Source: a plasmid
Sequence record: NZ_CP024587.1
Direction: 5' to 3' (one strand)
DNA: 64,000 nucleotides
Within the stretch, counting starts at the first letter, position 1. Each line of letters starts with the position of its first letter. Shown here one piece after another: positions 58,438 to 64,000 of this stretch. Under the pieces are notes generated by a model. That model did no database searches. It saw only the letters and a program-made list of their open reading frames with translations, and had not been told where the DNA came from. The translations under genes and the position numbers were made by a program.

Positions 58438-58842
58438 ATGGCCACCAAACCCCTTCGCCCGGTCCTGCAAGCCCCGGATCTGGGATCTCGCCCCACGCCG
58501 GTTCCCACCTCGGCCCACGATCCACGCTTCAGTGCCGCCGAGGTGCTGGAGACCCCAGAAGCCCTTGAAAGAGGCTTGAGAAGCGGCGCAGTGCGGGTGG
58601 TCAACCCGGAGACAGCACCGGCAGCGAAGCGAGCCGAACCAGGACTTGTGACGTCAGGCCGATCGCCCGAAATTTCACTGTCTACCAAGGCGCCGGAATA
58701 CGTCCTGCAGCAGCTTCGGCGACGCTATGCCGAAACTGGGGTGACCATTCGCAACCAGCTCCTCCTTGCTCTGCGCAAGGACGGGATCGAAGTCTTGGAG
58801 GCAGACCTGCACGACGAACGGAAGCGCCAACGCAACCCGTAG
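58438..58842 (+). CDS. putative partition partner protein (ParG/ParB-small, RHH-like C-terminus)
   Basis: Small basic protein encoded 11 bp downstream of parA. The C-terminal ..YVLQQLRRRYAETGVTIRNQLLLALRK.. is compatible with an RHH fold. Confidence 0.45.
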   Translation: MATKPLRPVLQAPDLGSRPTPVPTSAHDPRFSAAEVLETPEALERGLRSGAVRVVNPETAPAAKRAEPGLVTSGRSPEISLSTKAPEYVLQQLRRRYAETGVTIRNQLLLALRKDGIEVLEADLHDERKRQRNP

Positions 58843-58865
58843 GTCTCGGGTTTTCGAGGTTTCCG

Positions 58866-58911
58866 GAAAACCGGAAAGACCGATATAGATCAATCGGTCT
58901 TTCCGGTTTTC
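58866..58911. terminator. perfect 19-bp inverted repeat GAAAACCGGAAAGACCGAT-N8-ATCGGTCTTTCCGGTTTTC between convergent genes
   Basis: Seen directly. Could be a bidirectional terminator or an additional partition/operator site; its TTTCCGG core resembles the upstream parA repeats. Confidence 0.45.
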
Positions 58912-58928
58912 ATGATTGTCTCTCCATA

Positions 58929-60308
58929 TCAAATGCCGGCAACAGCCAGGCGTACCGCCCGCCAGCACAGGTCGTCGCGTTCGTCCTGGGATTGCCGTGC
59001 AGGGCCGCTGAAGGTGTGAGGAACCAGGGGAACAGGCCCCTGTAGGCCGAGACCTTCGGCCGTCTCGGCGTGGATGCGTCGCTTCCGTTCGCGATAGACC
59101 AGCTCCTCGCTACCCATGGTGGCGACCACCACGAGAGGATGCCCTCGGCGCGCAAACTGGTCCGAACGAAGGATCCAATCCGGGATGCACGGCTCGCGTG
59201 CCTCGTCTCTATCCGGACAAAGGTCGTGCAGAGGCCTTTCGATTTCGATCGAAAGTTCGACCTTGAGGGCGAGCCAACGTTGCAGGCGGCGCAACTGGTT
59301 CAGCGTGCAACGTTCCGCGGCGCCATTGACCAGCATGAGGTGGGTCTTTGAAATGCAGGGATGCAGGTAGGCGCGCAGCGCCTCAGCAGGCTCCTCCGGT
59401 CCAGGCCGACCGATAAGACAGATCGCGAGGTAAGGCGCCCGCGCCATCCCAGATTCGATCCCAGGGACCGCAGGCCCGATCCATTCTTCCCACACGGAGA
59501 TGCGGCCTCGAACCTCCAGTGGTTCCCCTTGGGCCATCTGCAGCACGCCGGACTTAAACCCGGTCACAACCGACAGCAGGACACCGTAGGTCCTGCCGCG
59601 CATGAAGGCATCCCCGGAGGCCGCGTCGATCCGCCTCAACAGGAGCGGTAAATCAGGCCGCCAGGTGCAAAGCCACTCGGCCAGTGGCACGCCGCGATCC
59701 AGATCCACCTCCTGTGCCGCGCGACGCAGAGCCCTGAACTGCTCTCCAATCGGCGGCGGAAAACCGGGGCCCAGCCGTTGCAGGCCGGCCTCGGCCGCGA
59801 GATGGGTGAGCAGGCAGGCAAGGCTTTCGCGCCTGCGCTCGTAGCTCCGGCGATGCAGCCCCGGCGCCTCGGCCGGCGCCGCCCGGTCCTCGGCGAAGCG
59901 GCGAAGCAGCCGCAGCCCGGACACGCCGTGCCGCCGGTCGTAGCTGCGGACCAGATCGGCCTGCTCGGCCGCGTCGAGGAAGAAATCGCATTCCGCCACA
60001 TGCTCGGCCCAAGGCTCTTCGCTATGGCGCCGGACGTGGCTTTCGGCCACCGGCACCAGCGCGGGCGGGCGGACCCGATCCGGTCTGCAGTCGCAGAAGA
60101 ACCACCGTGCCTGTTGCTGGTGCCGGCGCACCACCTCGGCGCCGCGGCTGCGCGCCCGCTCGCTCCCGAAGCGGCCAAAGGCCGCGCGTAGCACCGCGTC
60201 CTCCTCCGCATCGAGCGGGCGCATGCCGGCTCCGTCTCCACGCCTTCCCACCGCCAGCATGCCGATCTCCCTCGTCTCCAGTCGCCTTTCCCGAGGCTCG
60301 CTCGTCAC
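58929..60308 (-). CDS. hypothetical protein (up to 459 aa; no recognised domain)
   Basis: Long ORF in the correct codon-bias frame, convergent with parG. No Walker, HTH or nuclease motif recognised. Confidence 0.4.
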   Translation of the reverse strand: MTSEPRERRLETREIGMLAVGRRGDGAGMRPLDAEEDAVLRAAFGRFGSERARSRGAEVVRRHQQQARWFFCDCRPDRVRPPALVPVAESHVRRHSEEPWAEHVAECDFFLDAAEQADLVRSYDRRHGVSGLRLLRRFAEDRAAPAEAPGLHRRSYERRRESLACLLTHLAAEAGLQRLGPGFPPPIGEQFRALRRAAQEVDLDRGVPLAEWLCTWRPDLPLLLRRIDAASGDAFMRGRTYGVLLSVVTGFKSGVLQMAQGEPLEVRGRISVWEEWIGPAVPGIESGMARAPYLAICLIGRPGPEEPAEALRAYLHPCISKTHLMLVNGAAERCTLNQLRRLQRWLALKVELSIEIERPLHDLCPDRDEAREPCIPDWILRSDQFARRGHPLVVVATMGSEELVYRERKRRIHAETAEGLGLQGPVPLVPHTFSGPARQSQDERDDLCWRAVRLAVAGI

Positions 60309-60568
60309 GGTGCGAACGAGCAGCGAAGGCTGCGTGGCAATCCTCTTTCCGTTCGCATCACGGCCCGCGAGCCTGAACCCGATTGGTGCGGAGAGAGGCG
60401 AGGCATGGAGGGCAGGAGGGGAGGAGCGGGGCCGCTACCGCGAGCACCGGACACGCGACAAGGGTGCGTCGGCTGGCGCCTCCCGCGCCGGGGCAGGCCC
60501 CGGCTGCGCCCTTGTCCCGCGTCCGTCTCGCGGTTGGCGGGTGGAATCACGGTGAAGGATTCCGAGGA

Positions 60569-61522
60569 ATGAGTGGCCCCGATGAGGAGTTGGATAGACT
60601 GAGGGAGGGCGTGAACTGTGCCGCCCTGCTGGAGCGCCTGCCGCCCCCCTGGAAGCTGGACAAGGCGGAAAGCACCCGGGACTGCCTGAAGTACCGGCGC
60701 GGCAAGGGTGAGATCATCATCGTCAACCATGGCGGCCAGGGCTGGTGGGACGCCGGGAGCACCGCCAAGGGCGATGTGTTCCGGCTGGTGCAGCACCTCC
60801 GGCCCGATCTGAACTTCGGCCATGTCCGCAAGCTGCTCCGCGAGATGGTCGGGTTGCAGCCGAGCTTTCCCGAGCACGAGCGGGTGCGTCCGCAAGGGGA
60901 GGGGAGCGTCCCACCCGCCATGCGCTGGGCTGCGGCGAAGTCTCTCCGTCCGGGATCGCGGGCCTGGGGCTACCTGGCCGAGGTCCGGCATCTGCCCTCT
61001 CCGGTGCTTCGGGCAGCGGCGGCGGCGGGCGCCCTCCGGGAGGGGGCCTACGGCACCGCCTGGTTCGCCCATCGCGACGAGAGCGGCACGCTGACAGGCT
61101 TCGACATGCGCGGGCCGGTGTTTCGCGGCTTCGCCAAGGGGGGCGAGAAGACCCTGTTCCGCCTGCCCGGCTGGATCCGCTCGCGGGAGGTGCTGCCGCA
61201 CCGCCTGGCCGTGGCCGAGGCGCCGATCGACGCCCTGAGCCTCGCGGCGGTCGAACGACTGCGGGGCGACACCCTCTATGTCGCGACCAGCGGCGGCATG
61301 GGGCCTGGAACCGTCCGTGCCCTGGACCTTCTGCTGGCCGCCATGGCCGCCCTCCCGGATGCCTGCCTGGCCGTCGCCACCGACAGTGACCCACCCGGCG
61401 AACGCTACGCCGCCTTCCTGGGGGAGCGGGCCGCGGCGGCGGGCGTGCCCAGCGAGCGCTGCCTGCCACCGCACGGGCTGAACGACTGGAACGACGCCTT
61501 GCGACAGGGGAGGGGGGCATGA
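60569..61522 (+). CDS. Toprim-domain protein (DUF3991-Toprim-like; plasmid primase-like)
   Basis: C-terminal Toprim DxD-type motif ..CLAVATDSDPPGERYAAFL... Start MSGPDEEL at 60569. The upstream part of the track ORF is low-complexity. Confidence 0.55.
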   Translation: MSGPDEELDRLREGVNCAALLERLPPPWKLDKAESTRDCLKYRRGKGEIIIVNHGGQGWWDAGSTAKGDVFRLVQHLRPDLNFGHVRKLLREMVGLQPSFPEHERVRPQGEGSVPPAMRWAAAKSLRPGSRAWGYLAEVRHLPSPVLRAAAAAGALREGAYGTAWFAHRDESGTLTGFDMRGPVFRGFAKGGEKTLFRLPGWIRSREVLPHRLAVAEAPIDALSLAAVERLRGDTLYVATSGGMGPGTVRALDLLLAAMAALPDACLAVATDSDPPGERYAAFLGERAAAAGVPSERCLPPHGLNDWNDALRQGRGA

Positions 61523-61854
61523 GCACCACCGAACGCGCGGCTCCGGCCCCGAGCCACGAAGCGTGGACCCTTGCACGGGCCCTGCACACCGCCTTTCTCC
61601 GGCTGCCCGACCGGCTGAGAGCCCGCTGCACGGTGCCGCCGACCGGGGATGCCGCGATCGACCGGCCGGTGCTGGTCGAGGCCTGCGACGGCTCCGACCA
61701 CTACCGGGGCGTGGTGGTCGCGGGACAGCGCGACGAGAGCGGCCTCTGGTTGCTGGACGACGCCTTCACCCTGCTGACCCTCGACCACGACGACGGCCCC
61801 GAGGCCGCGCTTGTCGTCTGCCATGGATGGAACTGCCATGCCGACCGCATCTGA
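61519..61854 (+). CDS. small hypothetical protein (111 aa), translationally coupled (ATGA) to the Toprim gene
   Basis: Start overlaps the preceding stop. No known domain. Confidence 0.35.
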   Translation: MSTTERAAPAPSHEAWTLARALHTAFLRLPDRLRARCTVPPTGDAAIDRPVLVEACDGSDHYRGVVVAGQRDESGLWLLDDAFTLLTLDHDDGPEAALVVCHGWNCHADRI

Positions 61855-63877
61855 CACCACAGACCACGACCACCTGGTGGCCGGGCTGACCCCTGCCCAG
61901 GGAGAGGCGGCCGGGATGCACGGGCCGGTGCTGGTGCTGGCGGGAGCCGGAACCGGCAAGACCAAGACGTTGACCGCCGGCGTCGTGCTGCGGATCGCCG
62001 AGCGCGGCATCCCCGCCTCTCGCATCCTGGCCGTGACCTTCACCAACAAGGCCGCCAGTGAAATGCGCGCCCGCATCGTCGCCCTGCTTGACGGCCAGGC
62101 GGCGCCATCCTGGATCGGCACCTTCCATGGTCTTGGCGCCCGCCAGCTTCGCCTGGAGCCGGAGATGGCCGGGCTGCGCGAGGGTTTCGACGTGCTCGAC
62201 GCCGACGACAGCCGGCGCCTGCTCAAGCGGATCATGAAGGCCCGAGGTGAGGATGCCGACAACGAGGGCATGGGCAGGGACCCGGTCAAGACCATCGCCG
62301 GACACATCGGACGCTTCAAGGACAACCTCATCACCCCGGGTGAGGCAGCGATCCGCGCCGAGGCGATGATTGCTGGAGACCGGATGGCCGACGCCTCCGG
62401 CCTGCGCGCCGCGGCGCGTGTCTACCCCGAGTATCAGCGGCGGCTGGTGGAGGCCAACGCCGCCGATTTCGGAGACCTGCTGCTCTGGCCGAGCGTGTGC
62501 ATGGGACACGACGAGGAACGCCGGCAGCGCTTCGCCAGCCGCTTCTCCTGCATCCTGGCCGACGAGTACCAGGACGTGAATGCCGTGCAGTACCGATGGC
62601 TCCGGCTGATGGCCAGGGACCATGGCGAGATCTTCGCGGTCGGCGACGATGACCAGGCGGTGTTCGGCTGGCGCGGCGCGGACATCGAATACATCCGCCG
62701 CTTCACGCGCGACTTCCGGGATGCAGCCGTGGTGAAGCTGGAGGACAACTTCCGCTCCACCGGCCACATCCTCGCCGCGGCCAACGCGGTCATCGCGCGC
62801 GAGGACGGCCGCCTCGGCAAGACGCTGCGCCCTACCCGCGAGCAGGGCCAGCCCATCGAGGTGGTCAGGTTCCGCAACGACGAGGCCGAGGCTACCGGCA
62901 TCGTGGCCGAGATCCGCAAGCGCGGCTCGGAGGGCGTGCTCTGGCACGACATGGCCATCCTGTACCGAGCCAACCACCTGTCGCGCAACATCGAGGAGGA
63001 GCTGCTCCGCGCAAGGGTGCCCTATGTGCTGGTGGGCGATGTCGGCTTCTACCAGCGCGCCGAGATCAAGGATGCCCTGGCACTGCTTCGCCTCGCCGCA
63101 AGCCCTGACGATGGCCAGTCCGACGAGGCCTTCCGGCGCGCCTGCAACACCCCACCCCGCGGCATCGGCCCCAAGGCGCTCGATCTGCTGGAGCGCGACG
63201 CCGAATGGCGCGGCTCCTCGCTGCTCGCCGCCTGCCACACCGCGGATCTGCCGGCCAGGGTGCGGGGGGCGGCCGGAGCCTTCGCGGACGCCGTGCGTTC
63301 GGTCGCGGCCGACACCGGCGCCACGGTGGCCGACCGCCTGTCCATGCTGCTCGACCGGACCGGCTACCGACAATGGCTGCGCGACAGCCGCGCCGAGACG
63401 GTTGAGGGGCGCCTGGAGAACCTGGCCGAGCTGGTGCTGCTGGCCGGAGGCTTCCATTCGGCGACCGACTTGCTGGAGCATGCCGCACTGGCCAGCGCCG
63501 CGCCGGGCGAGGAGGCCGGGGGGCGCGTCCAGCTGCTCACCCTGCATCGTGCCAAGGGGCTGGAGTTCGCTCATGTCTTCCTGCCGGCCTGGAACACGAC
63601 GATCTTTCCGAGCCAGTACGGCGACGCGGCTGAGGAACGGCGCCTGGCCTATGTGGCGCTCACCCGCGGCAAGGAGCGGGTGGCGGTCAGTTATGCCGAG
63701 TTCCGCCGCGGCTACGTCGATCCGTCGCCCTTCCTCGACGACATCCCCGAAGCCAACCGGCATGAGGGATGGCTGCGCCCCCTGGAGCGGCGGCCGGCGC
63801 GACCCTCGCCCCGCCAGGCCGGCATGGACGCCCTCAACGAGATGCTCGCCGGCCTCCGTACCCGGCCAAGGGCATGA
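61838..63877 (+). CDS. UvrD/Rep/PcrA-family superfamily-1 DNA helicase
   Basis: Motif I ..VLAGAGTGKTKTLT.., ..DEYQD.., ..VGDDDQAVFGWRGA.., and motif VI ..TLHRAKGLEF... The start is probably MPTASDTT (61838). Confidence 0.85.
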   Translation: MPTASDTTDHDHLVAGLTPAQGEAAGMHGPVLVLAGAGTGKTKTLTAGVVLRIAERGIPASRILAVTFTNKAASEMRARIVALLDGQAAPSWIGTFHGLGARQLRLEPEMAGLREGFDVLDADDSRRLLKRIMKARGEDADNEGMGRDPVKTIAGHIGRFKDNLITPGEAAIRAEAMIAGDRMADASGLRAAARVYPEYQRRLVEANAADFGDLLLWPSVCMGHDEERRQRFASRFSCILADEYQDVNAVQYRWLRLMARDHGEIFAVGDDDQAVFGWRGADIEYIRRFTRDFRDAAVVKLEDNFRSTGHILAAANAVIAREDGRLGKTLRPTREQGQPIEVVRFRNDEAEATGIVAEIRKRGSEGVLWHDMAILYRANHLSRNIEEELLRARVPYVLVGDVGFYQRAEIKDALALLRLAASPDDGQSDEAFRRACNTPPRGIGPKALDLLERDAEWRGSSLLAACHTADLPARVRGAAGAFADAVRSVAADTGATVADRLSMLLDRTGYRQWLRDSRAETVEGRLENLAELVLLAGGFHSATDLLEHAALASAAPGEEAGGRVQLLTLHRAKGLEFAHVFLPAWNTTIFPSQYGDAAEERRLAYVALTRGKERVAVSYAEFRRGYVDPSPFLDDIPEANRHEGWLRPLERRPARPSPRQAGMDALNEMLAGLRTRPRA

Positions 63878-64000
63878 GGGAGCATAAAAGGTAAGGGAGG
63901 ACGCGACGGCAGGGGAAGGAGATGGACTCTGTGCCACCCTCGGCCGGATCGCCGCAAGGGTGCGTCGGCTCACGCCTCCCGCCGCTGCGCGGCGCCCTTG

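Noticed and set aside
1-64000. CRISPR arrays, tRNA/rRNA genes, integron attC sites
   Set aside because: No regularly spaced direct repeats, no cloverleaf-compatible conserved tRNA motifs, and no integrase-associated attC structures were seen. The tyrosine recombinase at 47135..48166 has no adjacent tRNA or att-like repeat that I could identify.

Overview
High-GC (~65-70%) alphaproteobacterial-type sequence. It looks like an accessory, probably plasmid-derived, region, and three things dominate it. (1) A Wzx/Wzy-dependent exopolysaccharide (EPS) biosynthesis locus carrying: an ExoY-like priming transferase, PAP2 phosphatase, GT8, GT2 and three GT4 glycosyltransferases, Wzx flippase, Wzy-like polymerase, ExoP/Wzc-like co-polymerase/BY-kinase, an acyltransferase-3, two paralogous clan GH-A glycoside hydrolases and a low-GC galE. 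The locus is broken into three blocks (9.9-22.9 kb, 27.8-28.8 kb, 33.9-38.4 kb) by insertion-sequence nests. (2) A very dense IS landscape. Families present are IS630 (x2), an IS5/IS427-group element, IS5 (one intact copy and one fragment), IS3 remnants (x2), ISL3 (two identical copies of variant A, variant B, variant C, and a B fragment), IS4, IS21 istA/istB fragments, an IS66 tnpC fragment, and a Tn402/Tn5053-like tniA/IRt fragment. Several are nested inside one another with recognisable target-site duplications. (3) A plasmid-like backbone from 43-64 kb carrying: HU, an H-NS-like protein, ScpA-like protein, tyrosine recombinase, vapBC, mazEF-like toxin-antitoxin, an RHH protein plus RepC-like initiator, a LexA-box-controlled small-ORF-imuB-dnaE2 mutagenesis cassette, parA/parG with upstream iteron-like repeats, and an uncharacterised module (459-aa protein, Toprim protein, small ORF, UvrD-like helicase). 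No rRNA, tRNA or CRISPR array was recognised. Many long ORFs in the six-frame track are GC-driven antisense artefacts and are not annotated.
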